This document shows positions 1 to 11,729 of a stretch of 64,000 nucleotides of DNA, piece by piece. This DNA comes from Pseudomonadales bacterium. GTDB taxonomy: Bacteria > Pseudomonadota > Gammaproteobacteria > Pseudomonadales > Balneatricaceae. The notes under the pieces were generated by a model. It had not been told where the DNA came from, made no database searches, and saw only the letters and a program-made list of their open reading frames with translations. Location of the stretch: NCBI GenBank assembly GCA_034110645.1, contig JAWUYU010000066.1, forward strand, positions 2,266 through 66,265, given 5' to 3'. A program made the position numbers and the translations under genes. Each line of letters opens with the position of its first letter. Position 1 is the first letter of the stretch.

Positions 1-212
1 TCTTCTTCACTTCCCCCGTATTTTTTAACCAGGGCTTGCAGGATTGGCTCATTCTTGACGTTGTGGGTAGGGTCGAGCTCAAATGCATGCCACTGAACCT
101 TGAACTCATACTCTGGCCCTAGCTGTTTCATGGCCAGTTCTAGTCGGGCATAACCAATAGCACACCACGGGCAGGCGATATCAGAAACAATATCTATTTG
201 TATTTTTTTCAT
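1..212 (-). CDS. DsbA/FrnE-family oxidoreductase (N-terminal part, runs off the window)
   Basis: Manual translation MKKIQIDIVSDIACPWCAIG...WHAFELDP contains the CPWC motif typical of FrnE-like proteins. Confidence 0.85.
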   Translation of the reverse strand, partial: MKKIQIDIVSDIACPWCAIGYARLELAMKQLGPEYEFKVQWHAFELDPTHNVKNEPILQALVKKYGGSEE

Positions 213-448
213 AGTGAACACCGTGATTCTTATGAGTTATATGGAGCTATTATTGAATAGTTATTGCGTTACATTGTAACCAACAAAGTATTATTAAACT
301 GGGTACTCATCAGTGCAGGGAAATGGTGGGAGCATCCGGTTTAAATTGACCAAACAAGGTTAACTGCTGCATTAAACAGCAGTAAAATGTTTTAACGCTT
401 ACTATTGGTGCTTATTACTGCTTAAAGTTACTTAGTTATAGCCACCTG

Positions 449-1372
449 CTAGATCTGCAAATTCAGTAGATCTAAACCAGAGTCTTCGCCTGCTGGTTCA
501 TTACCCACTGGTCCATCATTTAGGTGCTGTGTACGTTTAAAGTTATGCAGTTTGGTGTCCATAAGGTGCGAAGGCACTACGTTTTGCAGTGACTTAGTCA
601 TACTTTCTATACGGCCTGGGTAGTTCTTTTCCCAATCTTGTAACATGGCTTTAATGTGCTGGCGTTGTAAGTTGTCTTGAGAGCCACATAGGTTACAAGG
701 AATAATGGGATATTCTTTGAGTTGTGCGTACTCGGCTATGTCTTGTTCACGAGCATAAGCCATAGGACGAATTACGGTATTTAACCCATCATCGCTTAAT
801 AAACGGGCTGGCATAGATTTAAGTTTGCCACCGTGGAACATGTTTAAAAACAAGGTTTCTAAAATGTCATCACGATGGTGGCCTAAAGCAATTTTGGTGA
901 TACCACGTTTTTGCGCAAAGCGATACAAAGTGCCACGGCGCATACGCGAACATAATCCACAGGTGGTTTTGCCTTCTTCAATCACCGCTTTCACTACACT
1001 GTAAGTGTCCCGTTCGATAACATGAAAGTCTGCACCTACTTCGGTTAGGTACTTAGGCAATATGTGTTCTGGAAAATCAGGTTGTTTTTGATCTAAGTTA
1101 ACAGCGAGTATCTCAAAATCAATAGGCGCACTTTTTTGCAGCTGCATCAATATGTCGAGCATGGCATACGAGTCTTTACCGCCAGACACGCACACCATTA
1201 CCTTATCGCCATGTTCTATCATGCTGTAATCGTCAATTGCACGGCCCACATCACGTCGTAAACGCTTTTGTAACTTCAGCTGTCGCTTTGCATTATCGTG
1301 TGAAAGATTGTGCGCTGAACCTTGTACAGGGCTTGCCACATTAAGTTCTGGTTGTGTCACTAGAGTTACCAC
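449..1372 (-). CDS. ttcA: tRNA 2-thiocytidine biosynthesis protein TtcA
   Basis: PP-loop [16 protein letters not shown] and PCNLCGSQ motifs. Confidence 0.95.
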   Translation of the reverse strand: MVTLVTQPELNVASPVQGSAHNLSHDNAKRQLKLQKRLRRDVGRAIDDYSMIEHGDKVMVCVSGGKDSYAMLDILMQLQKSAPIDFEILAVNLDQKQPDFPEHILPKYLTEVGADFHVIERDTYSVVKAVIEEGKTTCGLCSRMRRGTLYRFAQKRGITKIALGHHRDDILETLFLNMFHGGKLKSMPARLLSDDGLNTVIRPMAYAREQDIAEYAQLKEYPIIPCNLCGSQDNLQRQHIKAMLQDWEKNYPGRIESMTKSLQNVVPSHLMDTKLHNFKRTQHLNDGPVGNEPAGEDSGLDLLNLQI

Positions 1373-1905
1373 ATTAAATCATCTGGAATAACAAAGTCTG
1401 CATATGGGTCATCTTCATCTTCCACGGCCTCTGCTGCAGACTCTGCACGAATAATTAAGGTATTAGGTGCACGCTCTTCTATACGCGTAGCAACGTTTGC
1501 AGGCACTACAAAATAGAGTTCATCTAACCCCACAATAACCAACGTGCCACGGCTTAAGGCCGATTGCTGCATGGCGTCTACGTAAATCTTTTTAATCACT
1601 TTGCCATCAACAAAATTATAAGTTACTTCACCCCCGGTCAAATCTAACCGACAGCGTTCTAACATCTGTTTAACTTGAGCAACCACCGCACGGTCTTGGG
1701 TTTGCGCGTCACGTTGGGCGTTGAGCTCTTTAGAACGGATTGCTTGTGCTTGTTTTTCGCTAAGTGCACGTTGCGAGGCCGTTTCGCCTACATCTACACC
1801 TTTGCGCACATCACGGGTTTGTTTCTTTTTTGCCTTGGTGGCTTGCTTAGATTGCTTTTCGTTGGCTAAGCCTGCTTTTAGCAATTGATCTTGTAAACTG
1901 GCCAT
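1366..1905 (-). CDS. DUF2058 (YaiL-like) protein
   Basis: N-terminus [11 protein letters not shown] and C-terminus [16 protein letters not shown]; start moved from 1962 to the ATG at 1905. Confidence 0.85.
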   Translation of the reverse strand: MASLQDQLLKAGLANEKQSKQATKAKKKQTRDVRKGVDVGETASQRALSEKQAQAIRSKELNAQRDAQTQDRAVVAQVKQMLERCRLDLTGGEVTYNFVDGKVIKKIYVDAMQQSALSRGTLVIVGLDELYFVVPANVATRIEERAPNTLIIRAESAAEAVEDEDDPYADFVIPDDLMW

Positions 1906-2008
1906 TAATGGCTTCCTTAAATGTAATGGAATAATAGAGACCTTTACGCAGTCCCATAGCAAAGAACTCTAAGCTTTTTAGGCCGATAAATTATTTTACC
2001 ATAGCTAG

Positions 2009-3808
2009 CTAGGCGTGTTGTTTAATTAGTGCCAAAAAGTCATCGCCGTAGCGGTCTAGTTTCTTTTCGCCTACACCGTGTACGTGACTCATTTCTAGCA
2101 GAGATTTAGGCTTAGCATGTAGCATCTCTAACAAAGAAGCATCACTAAAAATAACATAAGGCGGCACTTTTTGATCTTGTGCTAAGGCCATGCGAAGCTC
2201 TCTAAGCAACTGCCATAGATCCATGTCGTCATCTTTAATCTGCAGCCGTGCTTTGGCTGCTTTTGGTGTTTTAATAGACACCTTACGGTCTAGCCGCAGC
2301 TGTAACTTCGACTCACCTTTAAGTAGCGGCCTACACTGTGGTAATAGACGCAAGCCACCATAGTTTTCTGGGTCACTGGATACTAAACCTAAAGCCAGCA
2401 GTTGGCGAAAAACTGAGCGCCATTGTTTTTGATCCAACTCCTGCCCTAGTGCAAAAGTGGATATTTTTTCATGGCCGGCAGATTTAATTTTGTCTGTAGG
2501 TTTACCCATTAATATGTCGATTAAATGAGCTACACCATAGCGCTGACCACTGCGAAAAATACACGATAACGCCTTACGGGCTACTTCAGTACCATCGAAG
2601 GTGGCTACTGGTTCCAAGCAGTTATCACAGTTGCTACAGCTACTGGCAGAGGCTTCGTTAAAATAGCTTAGAATGGCCTGTCTTCTACAGTGGGTAATCT
2701 CACACAAGCCGAGCATAGCGTCTAATTTGGACTGTTCTGAGCGCTTTATGGCCGCATCCATGTCCGTTTGTTCTAGCCGCTGTCGTAGCCACATTACGTC
2801 TTGTAGGCCGTACACCATCCATGCGTCTGCAGGCAATCCATCGCGCCCTGCTCGGCCTGTTTCTTGGTAATATGACTCTATGCTTTTAGGTAAATCCAAA
2901 TGCGCCACAAAACGTACATTAGGTTTATCAATACCCATGCCAAAGGCAATGGTGGCTACCATCACTAAGCCTTCTTCATTGAGGAAGCGTCGTTGATTAT
3001 GGGCTCTTTTCTCTGCACCTAGCCCTGCGTGGTAAGGCAAAGCTGGCACGCCTTGTTCTTCTAACCAGAGGGCCGTTTCGTCTACCTTTTTTCGTGACAT
3101 ACAATACACAATACCCGCATTACCTTGGTGTTGTAGTTGCACAAAATCGAGTAATTGATGCTTACCTTTTTGCTTTTGCATGATGCGGTAGCGAATATTA
3201 GGGCGATCAAAACTACTAATATATTGCTTGGCTTGATGCAAGCCCAAACGCTTTACCATTTCTTGCTGAGTAGGCCTATCTGCCGTTGCAGTAAGCGCCA
3301 TTCTAGGCACATGGGGAAAGTTTTGTTGTAAGCATTCTAGCTGTAGGTATTCGGGCCTAAAGTCATGTCCCCATTGAGACACACAGTGAGCTTCATCAAT
3401 GGCAAATAAAGCCAACTTACAAGACCTTAGCAAATTCATACATGCATCGGTCATCAAGCGCTCTGGTGAAATATAAAGTAAGTCTAGCTCGCCATTCAAT
3501 GCTTGTTGTTCTATTTTCTTTTGTAACTGCCAATCAATACCAGAGTGTAAGGCCTCAGCATTCACGCCTAGTTGCTGCATGCTGGATACTTGATCTTGCA
3601 TTAATGCGATCAAAGGAGATATCACCACCCCAACGCCTTCTCTAAGCATTGCTGGAATTTGATAACAAATGGATTTTCCACCACCGGTAGGCATTAACAC
3701 TAAGGCATCGCCGCCGTCGATCACATGTTGTATTACATCGAGTTGCTGGCCACGAAATTCTTCGTAGCCAAAGAGGCTGTGCAGGAGCTGTTGGGGAGTG
3801 TTATTCAT
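2009..3808 (-). CDS. recQ: ATP-dependent DNA helicase RecQ
   Basis: [23 protein letters not shown], Zn-binding cysteines, RQC and HRDC domains. Confidence 0.97.
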   Translation of the reverse strand: MNNTPQQLLHSLFGYEEFRGQQLDVIQHVIDGGDALVLMPTGGGKSICYQIPAMLREGVGVVISPLIALMQDQVSSMQQLGVNAEALHSGIDWQLQKKIEQQALNGELDLLYISPERLMTDACMNLLRSCKLALFAIDEAHCVSQWGHDFRPEYLQLECLQQNFPHVPRMALTATADRPTQQEMVKRLGLHQAKQYISSFDRPNIRYRIMQKQKGKHQLLDFVQLQHQGNAGIVYCMSRKKVDETALWLEEQGVPALPYHAGLGAEKRAHNQRRFLNEEGLVMVATIAFGMGIDKPNVRFVAHLDLPKSIESYYQETGRAGRDGLPADAWMVYGLQDVMWLRQRLEQTDMDAAIKRSEQSKLDAMLGLCEITHCRRQAILSYFNEASASSCSNCDNCLEPVATFDGTEVARKALSCIFRSGQRYGVAHLIDILMGKPTDKIKSAGHEKISTFALGQELDQKQWRSVFRQLLALGLVSSDPENYGGLRLLPQCRPLLKGESKLQLRLDRKVSIKTPKAAKARLQIKDDDMDLWQLLRELRMALAQDQKVPPYVIFSDASLLEMLHAKPKSLLEMSHVHGVGEKKLDRYGDDFLALIKQHA

Positions 3809-3841
3809 GGCGCGCTATTATCCTCGAAGGTAGCGCTACTG

Positions 3842-3883
3842 TCACCCACATATAGGCCTAATATTAGGTCTATATGTGGGTGA
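3842..3883. repeat. 42-bp near-perfect loopless palindrome
   Basis: TCACCCACATATAGGCCTAAT|ATTAGGTCTATATGTGGGTGA, one mismatch in 21 pairs. Confidence 0.9.
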
Positions 3884-3990
3884 GAGGTAAAAACGTAATC
3901 TTGTCAGGACTACTAACTGCCTACAACACTCTAGACGACTCGTTTGGTAGCTGTTAATGCCTACCATGAGTTACAATAGATTATATTTAC

Positions 3991-4635
3991 TTGATTGAGT
4001 TACACTTTATGTCCATCAACAGCGACCCGTTAACGGATAGCCAAATCGACCAGCTCGATGCATACCTTTTGTCCGAAAATGTACATGAAGAAGCCTTAGA
4101 TTATATTGCTCTGCATGGTTACCTTTGCGCCTTGGCAATAAGCCCTATACCTCTGCCAGAGAATGAGTGGTTAGAGCAAGTAATGGCTGAAAAACCAGTA
4201 CTAGAAAACAGTGCTGAGCGCCATGAGATGCTTAATTTAATACGCCAAGAGTTCGCCTTCTTACGAGAATGCTTAGAGTCTGATCAAGATATTGATCTGC
4301 CGTGTGATTTAACCCTAGAACTAGATCAAGAAGACGACTGTTTACTTGAATACTGGGCTCAAGGCTTTATGGAGCTTATCTTTAGCCAAGAAGACGCTTG
4401 GTTCTCGCAACAAGAAGAAGATGTAGCAGAATGCTTATTACCCTTCATGTTAGCGGCTAAACTGGATGAAGATGAAGAACTTGAAGAATTGCGTCTTCAA
4501 CCTGAGTTCTGCCAACAGCTATGTGAGCAAATTCCAGAATTATTGCAAGATTTGTATTTATTGTTCCGCGTACCTGCCGAAAAACCTAAAGGTGGTTACT
4601 CAGGTAAAAAGGCTTCAGGCCCACGTAAACACTAA
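3991..4635 (+). CDS. YecA/UPF0149-family protein
   Basis: LDYIALHGYLCALAISP and WAQGFM motifs, very acidic; start may be MSINS at 4009. Confidence 0.75.
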   Translation: MIELHFMSINSDPLTDSQIDQLDAYLLSENVHEEALDYIALHGYLCALAISPIPLPENEWLEQVMAEKPVLENSAERHEMLNLIRQEFAFLRECLESDQDIDLPCDLTLELDQEDDCLLEYWAQGFMELIFSQEDAWFSQQEEDVAECLLPFMLAAKLDEDEELEELRLQPEFCQQLCEQIPELLQDLYLLFRVPAEKPKGGYSGKKASGPRKH

Positions 4636-4641
4636 CGTACC

Positions 4642-5268
4642 CTATGCCTGCACTGTAAGCTTGCCTTCGGCCAACAACCAGTGTTGATTACACAACTTAG
4701 TAAGTGCGTTGTCTTGATGACAAGATAACAAAAAGCCTGTGCCGCGTTGGTGCAGGTCCTGCAGCATCTCTTCAATACGGGCCACCGATCCTGCATCCAA
4801 ATTACTGGTAGGTTCATCCAGCAAAATTAATGCAGGGTCTAATACTAAGGCCCTAGCTAACGCTAAACGCTGTCGCTCGCCCCCCGAAAGCAAATGGGCT
4901 TGGCGATACTGCAAGTGATCTAAGCCAGCCCAAGCCAAGGCTTGATCCACCTTCTTTGGGTTTTTTTCACGCCTCATACGTAAACCGTATTCCACATTGC
5001 TGCGCACATCAATGTCGAACAGATAGGTGTTTTGATGCAAGTATATTATGGCTTGCAGAAGCAAGTTTTCACCCACCATGGGCGTGCGCCTTACATGACC
5101 TGAGGTGGGTTGTTGTAGACCGGCCATAATTTTCATCAAGGTAGACTTACCTGCCCCATTAGGGCCATGTAAGTGCACTGCATCGCCACTCACAAGTTGC
5201 AACTCCTCGATGGTAAACAAATTTTCTTCACCGTATCGCTGACAAATATCATCTAGTTCTAAACGCAT
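4642..5268 (-). CDS. tupC: Tungstate ABC transporter ATP-binding subunit
   Basis: GPNGAGKST, LSGGERQR, DEPT; the start at 5268 overlaps the tupB stop (TAATG). Confidence 0.75.
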   Translation of the reverse strand: MRLELDDICQRYGEENLFTIEELQLVSGDAVHLHGPNGAGKSTLMKIMAGLQQPTSGHVRRTPMVGENLLLQAIIYLHQNTYLFDIDVRSNVEYGLRMRREKNPKKVDQALAWAGLDHLQYRQAHLLSGGERQRLALARALVLDPALILLDEPTSNLDAGSVARIEEMLQDLHQRGTGFLLSCHQDNALTKLCNQHWLLAEGKLTVQA

Positions 5269-5978
5269 TAGGCACCATGCCTTAGCACACGGCTGTGACT
5301 TTGCATCCAACCTAAGCTTACATTAAGTATCAGCGCTAGTAACAATAGTACAATACCAAGGGCTACACCTTGTACAAATTCGCCTTTACCCGTTTCTAGG
5401 GCAATGGCGGTGGTTATATTACGGGTGTGGTGCAATATGTTACCACCCACCATCATAGCACTGCCCACTTCTGCAATAATACGCCCAAAGGCCGTCACTA
5501 CTGCAGCAAGTAACGCAAAGCGAACTTCAAATAATAAAGTAACAAAGGCCTGCCATGGATTAGCACCTAAGGTTTTGGCCGTTTCTAATACTCGGTGGTC
5601 GGCAGCTTGGAAGGCACTTAAACTCATGGCTACTAATAACGGAAAGCACAAAAGGATTTGGCCAATTATCATAGCTGGACGGGTAAATAGAAGATTTAGA
5701 TCACCCAATGGGCCAGCGCGCGACAAAAGCATATAGAGCACTAGCCCAACCACTACGGTAGGCACCGCCAATAAACTATTAAGTATACTAATAGCGGCCC
5801 AACGGCCAGGAAAGCGAAAATAGGCTAACATAAAGCCCGTACTCAATGCCGGCAATAGAGCAATCAGCAAAGCACTGGCCGAAACACTAAAAGACACGCC
5901 AACTATGCCCCAAAGTGCAGGATCTCCACTCAAAAGTTGGCCGATAGCTGCACTGAATGTAGTCCAAAGATCATTCAT
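5268..5978 (-). CDS. tupB: Tungstate ABC transporter permease
   Basis: PTVVVGL..YMLLSRAGPLG and EVGSAMMVGGNI..TR.ITTAIALET motifs. Confidence 0.85.
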   Translation of the reverse strand: MNDLWTTFSAAIGQLLSGDPALWGIVGVSFSVSASALLIALLPALSTGFMLAYFRFPGRWAAISILNSLLAVPTVVVGLVLYMLLSRAGPLGDLNLLFTRPAMIIGQILLCFPLLVAMSLSAFQAADHRVLETAKTLGANPWQAFVTLLFEVRFALLAAVVTAFGRIIAEVGSAMMVGGNILHHTRNITTAIALETGKGEFVQGVALGIVLLLLALILNVSLGWMQSHSRVLRHGA

Positions 5979-5986
5979 AATGTGTG

Positions 5987-6799
5987 TTATTTAGCCGAAG
6001 GCACAAATAATACCTCGCCATTAATACGAAATTTTCCAATTGCTTTTTGGCCGCCTGAACTGATCAGCCATTGTGCAAACTTACGTGCTGAGTTGACATT
6101 AACGTGAGGGTGACGCTCGGGGTTAACCAATATCACTTGATATGGATTAAGTAACCGAGGATCACTTTCAAGCACTAAGCGGAGTGCAAGCTTATCTTGC
6201 AAGGCCAACCAAGTACCCCTATCGGTCATGGTGTAAGCACCCATTTCAGAAGCCATTTGCAAACTGTGGCCCATACCTCGGCCAGATTCAAGATAGCCCT
6301 TAAAGGTGGGTAATGCACCTAAGTGCAGCCACAACTGCAATTCTTTTTTATGGGTACCAGAATCATCACCACGGGAAATAAAGCGCTTATTAGATGCCGC
6401 AATAAGTGATAATCCGTCGGTCACCGTGTGAGCGCCACTTATTTTTGCTGAATCTTCTTTAGGCCCTACTATTACAAAATCGTTGTACATCACACCATGC
6501 GCTTCAATGCCAAAACCTTGATCAAGAAAGCGAGCTTCTGCAGCGGGCGCATGAGTCATTACTAAATCTACATCACCGTTTTCAGCCATTTTTAAAGCTT
6601 TACCAGTACCTACAGCAATAACTAAAACCTCGGTATCGCTGACTTGTGCATAATGGCTTAATAAATCGTCCAATAAGCCAGAATTATAGGTGCTTGTGGT
6701 GGTGGCCAACCGAATACTGTCGGCTAATGATAAACTGCTCACAAAGGTTAATACACTTATTAACGAAGCTCGCATAAGCAGTAATTGCAAACATTTCAT
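5987..6799 (-). CDS. tupA: Tungstate ABC transporter substrate-binding protein
   Basis: TupA signature LATTTS, GTGKAL, FISRGDDSGTH, signal peptide. Confidence 0.88.
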   Translation of the reverse strand: MKCLQLLLMRASLISVLTFVSSLSLADSIRLATTTSTYNSGLLDDLLSHYAQVSDTEVLVIAVGTGKALKMAENGDVDLVMTHAPAAEARFLDQGFGIEAHGVMYNDFVIVGPKEDSAKISGAHTVTDGLSLIAASNKRFISRGDDSGTHKKELQLWLHLGALPTFKGYLESGRGMGHSLQMASEMGAYTMTDRGTWLALQDKLALRLVLESDPRLLNPYQVILVNPERHPHVNVNSARKFAQWLISSGGQKAIGKFRINGEVLFVPSAK

Positions 6800-6809
6800 G
6801 GCGTTTAAT

Positions 6810-7895
6810 CTACTTAATAGTTGGCAGGTTGTAATGAGGCGTGCCGTTTTGTCCGCGTTGACGTAGAAAGTGATCCATTATCGTTAACGCCATCATTGCT
6901 TCAGCTATAGGTGTGGCACGAATACCGACACAAGGGTCATGTCGGCCTTTGGTAATCACTTCTACTAAATTACCGTGCAAATCGATAGACTGACCCGGTA
7001 TATGTAAACTTGAAGTAGGTTTAAGGGCAATTCTGGCAATAATATCTTGGCCACTGCTTATACCACCTAAAATTCCGCCAGCATGGTTAGATAAGAAGCC
7101 CTCTGGTGTCATTTCATCACGGTGTTCTGTGCCACGCTGCGCAACTACTGCAAAGCCATCCCCTATTTCCACGCCTTTTACAGCATTAATGCTCATTAAG
7201 CCGTGGGCTAATTCAGCATCTAAACGATCAAATACAGGTTCACCAATACCTGCCTCTACGCCTGTAGCAATAACAGTAATTTGCGCACCAATAGAATCAC
7301 CTGATTTACGCAGGGCATCCATAAACTGTTCCAGCTCTTCAATTTTGTCGGCTTGACCACAAAAAAACGGATTATCATTCACAATAGATGGATCTGGACA
7401 GGCCAGCTTTATAGGGCCTAATTGTGAAAGATAGCCATTAATAGCAATGCCATGGCCTGCCAAAAATTTCTTCGCTACGGCACCAGCCGCAACTCTCATG
7501 GCAGTCTCGCGTGCTGATGAACGGCCACCACCTCGGTAATCTCGTAGACCATACTTATGCATGTAGGTGTAATCCGCATGTGCAGGACGAAACTGGTCTT
7601 TTATATTACCGTAGTCCTTAGACCGTTGGTCGGTATTTTCAATCAGTAAGCCAATAGGAGTACCTGTGGTTCGGCCTTCAAAAACACCTGACAATATACG
7701 CACTTGGTCGGCTTCACGGCGCTGTGTAGTATGCCTGGACTTGCCTGGCTTACGACGATCTAAATCCACCTGTAATTCGGCCTCAGTGAGCTCAATGCCC
7801 GCTGGACAACCATCTATTGTGGCACCTAACGCTGGACCGTGGCTTTCGCCAAAGGTGGTGACCGTAAATAACTTACCAAAGGTATTACCAGACAT
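6810..7895 (-). CDS. aroC: Chorismate synthase
   Basis: [24 protein letters not shown]. Confidence 0.98.
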   Translation of the reverse strand: MSGNTFGKLFTVTTFGESHGPALGATIDGCPAGIELTEAELQVDLDRRKPGKSRHTTQRREADQVRILSGVFEGRTTGTPIGLLIENTDQRSKDYGNIKDQFRPAHADYTYMHKYGLRDYRGGGRSSARETAMRVAAGAVAKKFLAGHGIAINGYLSQLGPIKLACPDPSIVNDNPFFCGQADKIEELEQFMDALRKSGDSIGAQITVIATGVEAGIGEPVFDRLDAELAHGLMSINAVKGVEIGDGFAVVAQRGTEHRDEMTPEGFLSNHAGGILGGISSGQDIIARIALKPTSSLHIPGQSIDLHGNLVEVITKGRHDPCVGIRATPIAEAMMALTIMDHFLRQRGQNGTPHYNLPTIK

Positions 7896-7964
7896 GGACT
7901 TTTTACTCTAAATGTTTGCAGGTTAAATTATAGCTGGTTAGCGGCCTAAGCCGCAAATGTGGGC

Positions 7965-8873
7965 TTACAAACGCGATTGATTCCATTCTCTAAATCTGGC
8001 TTGGTACTGCCTACATTGCATTCCTGTGAGGCAAAAAATACCATTACCCCCCTCACTTAAATCTAGCCACATAAACGGTATATCGGGTAAGGCTTGTTGC
8101 AAAGCAACTTCGCTATTGCCTACTTCAATCACAATCAGGCCTTGCACTGAGATCCAGTCTGCAGCTTGTGACAACATCAGCGCAGTAAGGTCTAAACCAT
8201 CATCACCTGAGACTAGAGCCATTTTGGGCTCATGGGAAAATTCAGCAGGCATATCATCGTAATCATTTGCATCCACATACGGCGGGTTACTAACGATCAA
8301 ATCATAGTGTTTGGCTGGCAGGCCGGCAAACAAATTTGAATCAAACACCTTCACTCTATCCCCTACGCCTAGGTCATCAAGATTTTGCTGGCTTAGTAAA
8401 AGTGCTGCTGGTGCTATGTCCACCATATCCACATGAGGAATATCCATATGCAATGCCATGGCAACACCAATACAACCACTGCCACAACAGAGGTCTAACG
8501 CAGTTTGAGGAGAATTTTTAATAAAAGGAGAAAAATGCCTAGCAATCAGTTCTGCCATGGGTGAACGAGGAATAATGACATCCTTACTCACTCTAAAAGG
8601 TATTTCTGCAAACCAAGTTTTACCCAATAGATAAGGTAACGGCACACGTTGCTGTGTACGTTTAGTTAACCAATCTTGCACTCGTAATAGCTGCTCATTA
8701 GTAAGTACGGTTTCTAATTGATCTTTTTGTGTTTCCAACGGCATGCCGCAGGCTCCCAATACCAAAAATACCGCCTCATCCCAAGCATTGTCGGTACCAT
8801 GACCAAAGTAAACTTGCGCTTCAACGAGTGCCGCTTCCGTCGCTTCTATAGCCTGTGATAGTCTAGTGGTCAT
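7965..8873 (-). CDS. prmB: Ribosomal protein L3 glutamine methyltransferase
   Basis: GHGTDNAWDEA, DLCCGSGCI, NPPY; lies upstream of aroC. Confidence 0.95.
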   Translation of the reverse strand: MTTRLSQAIEATEAALVEAQVYFGHGTDNAWDEAVFLVLGACGMPLETQKDQLETVLTNEQLLRVQDWLTKRTQQRVPLPYLLGKTWFAEIPFRVSKDVIIPRSPMAELIARHFSPFIKNSPQTALDLCCGSGCIGVAMALHMDIPHVDMVDIAPAALLLSQQNLDDLGVGDRVKVFDSNLFAGLPAKHYDLIVSNPPYVDANDYDDMPAEFSHEPKMALVSGDDGLDLTALMLSQAADWISVQGLIVIEVGNSEVALQQALPDIPFMWLDLSEGGNGIFCLTGMQCRQYQARFREWNQSRL

Positions 8874-8967
8874 TGGTTCTTTAACGATAATAATTTAATG
8901 GCGCCATTGTAAGCTAAGCCTTCTCTGGATACCATATTGCCATGAATACAAACTGCGTTAATCAAGT

Positions 8968-9627
8968 ATGAAGCACTCTTCCACCCAAGACCCGCTGGCC
9001 TCCAACCAAGATCCTCATAATGCATCCACAGGGTTAAACCTTAATGATGAATTGGGTAGTAAACTTAGTTCTTCTTTTGGTGCTGCCTTTGGTGCTGCGG
9101 TGCCGTTGAAAAAAACTGGCCGTCAAACCACTCCTGCTCTTAAGGGCGCAGATGCCCTAAGCACAGCCGCCCGTAGAGCGTCGGCAATTGAGCTTGCGCA
9201 AGAAAAAGCAGCGCTTGGCGAACAAGGGTTTGAAATGGTTGAGTCAGAAGAAAGTATTGCCTATTCACGTGTAGGGCTAGACGGGAGCAGCCTGCGCCGC
9301 CTCAGTAATGGACATATGCGCCCAACCCTCACTCTTGATTTACATGGCTATCGAGTAGAAACAGCACGTGATTCTGTATGGAACGCAGTTAGGCACGGCC
9401 AGGCCGAAGGAGACCGCTGTTTACTCATTGTTCACGGCAAAGCGGGTGCAGGTTATCGCGACGAAAATGGTGCTATACAAGGCGCTGGGCAAGCCATAAT
9501 CAAGTCTCATGTAAACCATTGGTTACAACAACTTGATGCCGTGTTGGCGTTTACTTCTGCCTTACCGAAAGATGGTGGCACTGGCGCACTGTATGTATTA
9601 CTTAAAAAGAGCGCAAAAAAAGGGTAA
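8968..9627 (+). CDS. Smr-domain endonuclease (SmrA/SmrB-like)
   Basis: LDLHG, IVHGK, GGTGALYVLL; divergent from prmB. Confidence 0.85.
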   Translation: MKHSSTQDPLASNQDPHNASTGLNLNDELGSKLSSSFGAAFGAAVPLKKTGRQTTPALKGADALSTAARRASAIELAQEKAALGEQGFEMVESEESIAYSRVGLDGSSLRRLSNGHMRPTLTLDLHGYRVETARDSVWNAVRHGQAEGDRCLLIVHGKAGAGYRDENGAIQGAGQAIIKSHVNHWLQQLDAVLAFTSALPKDGGTGALYVLLKKSAKKG

Positions 9628-9769
9628 TATAGCTGCAATATACTTGCAAGCCTTTACCTTAGCCACCGCTTGAAGTATTGTCGCGTAAAATTTTGATGTC
9701 TACTTTATTATTACATTAATAATGAGACCAACAACACCATAAGCAACGAAATCAGCAACGAGAAGGTTC

Positions 9770-10309
9770 ATGGAAAAAGCATACGAAAACATTCTTACCA
9801 GCATTGGCGAAGACTTAAATCGCCCAGGCTTAAAGGACACCCCTAAGCGCGCCGCCAAAGCCTTTAAGTTCCTGAATAACGGCTACGATAAAAACATCGA
9901 TGAGGTTATTAACGGTGCACTATTTCCGTCCGATAACGAAGAGATGGTTGTGGTCAAAGACATAGAACTCTACTCTTTGTGTGAACATCACCTATTACCA
10001 TTTATCGGAAAATGCCATGTGGCTTATTTGCCTTCTGGTAAAGTACTTGGTTTATCGAAAGTGGCACGTATTGTGGATATGTTTGCTCGTCGCTTACAAA
10101 TTCAAGAAAACATGACCAAACAAATTGCCGATGCTATTATGGAAGTTACTAATGCAAAGGGTGTTGGTGTAGTTATTGAAGCACAACACATGTGCATGAT
10201 GATGCGTGGTGTACAAAAGCAAAATGCTAGCATGAAAACTTCTGTATTACTTGGTAAGTTGCGCGAAGATGCACGTACACGTGCAGAATTTTTGATGTTA
10301 ATTAAATAG
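9770..10309 (+). CDS. folE: GTP cyclohydrolase I
   Basis: [24 protein letters not shown]. Confidence 0.97.
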   Translation: MEKAYENILTSIGEDLNRPGLKDTPKRAAKAFKFLNNGYDKNIDEVINGALFPSDNEEMVVVKDIELYSLCEHHLLPFIGKCHVAYLPSGKVLGLSKVARIVDMFARRLQIQENMTKQIADAIMEVTNAKGVGVVIEAQHMCMMMRGVQKQNASMKTSVLLGKLREDARTRAEFLMLIK

Positions 10310-10312
10310 TAG

Positions 10313-11173
10313 TCAGATGTAGTTTTTAACCTGCAGTGCCTCTAGTGCTGCATTCCTACCAATTTCTATCATTTCTTTAGCTCGATAAAGCTCAAAGAAA
10401 CTGCAGGTGTTGCGGTCTATTTTAACCTCAACGTCTGGAGCATAACCTGCCATTTTGTATTTTGCCATGGTCGCTTGCATGGTTTCAAAACACTGACTCA
10501 TCATTTCCATCTTATTCCATTGCAAATGACTACGCTGACTTTTAGTGGCAGTTGCATTAGGTGCCTTCAAGTCATCATTAAAATCTGTAATATTAAATAG
10601 CGAGTCCTGAATAGAACCAGAGCCTCCTACATTTGTATTTAAATTAACTGCAATAATTAAATCGGCCTGATCGGCTACCGTAGGCATAATAGGTACTGGG
10701 TTAAGTAACCCACCATCCACTAAGAAACGATCTTTCTCTGCCACAGGCATAATCAAACCAGGCACTGCAACACTAGCTCGTATTGCATCCATTATCTTGC
10801 CAGACTGAAACCACACTTCTTGTTGTTTCACCAAGTCTGTAGCTACCGCTGTGTAAGGTATTGGTAGGCCTTCAATCAGTTGATCACCCAGTAAACCCTC
10901 AAGTATCGCGTATACTTTTTCGCCACGAATAGCACCCATCGACAACAACGACATATCCACTAAACGAAATACATCAAAACGTGACAAGCCTGAAACCCAC
11001 TCTGTAAATGAAGGCAATTTACCGGCAGCGTACATGCCGCCCACCACAGATCCCATAGAGCATCCAGACACACTGACTATGTCAAAGCCTTGCTCTTCTA
11101 ATACTTGAATCACACCAATATGTGCGTTACCTCTGGCGCCACCACTACCCAATACTAATGCGATGGTAGTCAT
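10313..11173 (-). CDS. Patatin-like phospholipase (RssA-like)
   Basis: GSGGARG, GCSMG, DGG motifs. Confidence 0.9.
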   Translation of the reverse strand: MTTIALVLGSGGARGNAHIGVIQVLEEQGFDIVSVSGCSMGSVVGGMYAAGKLPSFTEWVSGLSRFDVFRLVDMSLLSMGAIRGEKVYAILEGLLGDQLIEGLPIPYTAVATDLVKQQEVWFQSGKIMDAIRASVAVPGLIMPVAEKDRFLVDGGLLNPVPIMPTVADQADLIIAVNLNTNVGGSGSIQDSLFNITDFNDDLKAPNATATKSQRSHLQWNKMEMMSQCFETMQATMAKYKMAGYAPDVEVKIDRNTCSFFELYRAKEMIEIGRNAALEALQVKNYI

Positions 11174-11175
11174 GT

Positions 11176-11724
11176 TTATTGTCCTATATTACTTTTCATT
11201 CCCTGGATCATTTCCAGGTGTAAATACACCTTTTTGTTGCCCCGCTCGGTGCTATAAAGGGCGTAGTAATTTGGCTCCTTCGCGGTGTCTTGCCTTAGAG
11301 CGGCGTAAGATTGTTTGGCAACTAAACCGTATAAACGCGCTTGATGAAAGACCTCATTTGCCCATTGATGACTAGACCCACAGGACCGGCCTTGGCATTG
11401 ATAGATCACTGTCGCATCAGCCATCTTGAGTTGTGCTAAGGCTTTATCGTAGGACTCTTGAGCTCTTATACCAGGCCTCATCTCCCAGGTATAACGGGTG
11501 AGCTGGCCCTCCAAATACAAACTATATTCAGCGTTAACTACACCATTAACCTTACGCATAGCCCCAGTAGCCAAGGTATAGTACGGAGCATATTGTTGTG
11601 TCTGTTCAACCAATCTGCCGTTTTCAACCACACCTAAAGTAACCTGAGCTTGAGCAGCTAAAGACACACACGCACAACTGATAAGAACGCAGAGACCACC
11701 TGCTAAACGAGAAAAAATAGCCAT
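11176..11724 (-). CDS. Exported protein, DUF4892-like
   Basis: Signal peptide and YQCQGRSCGSSHQWAN motif; position next to sixA; start reassigned to 11724. Confidence 0.7.
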   Translation of the reverse strand: MAIFSRLAGGLCVLISCACVSLAAQAQVTLGVVENGRLVEQTQQYAPYYTLATGAMRKVNGVVNAEYSLYLEGQLTRYTWEMRPGIRAQESYDKALAQLKMADATVIYQCQGRSCGSSHQWANEVFHQARLYGLVAKQSYAALRQDTAKEPNYYALYSTERGNKKVYLHLEMIQGMKSNIGQ

Positions 11725-11729
11725 ATTAA

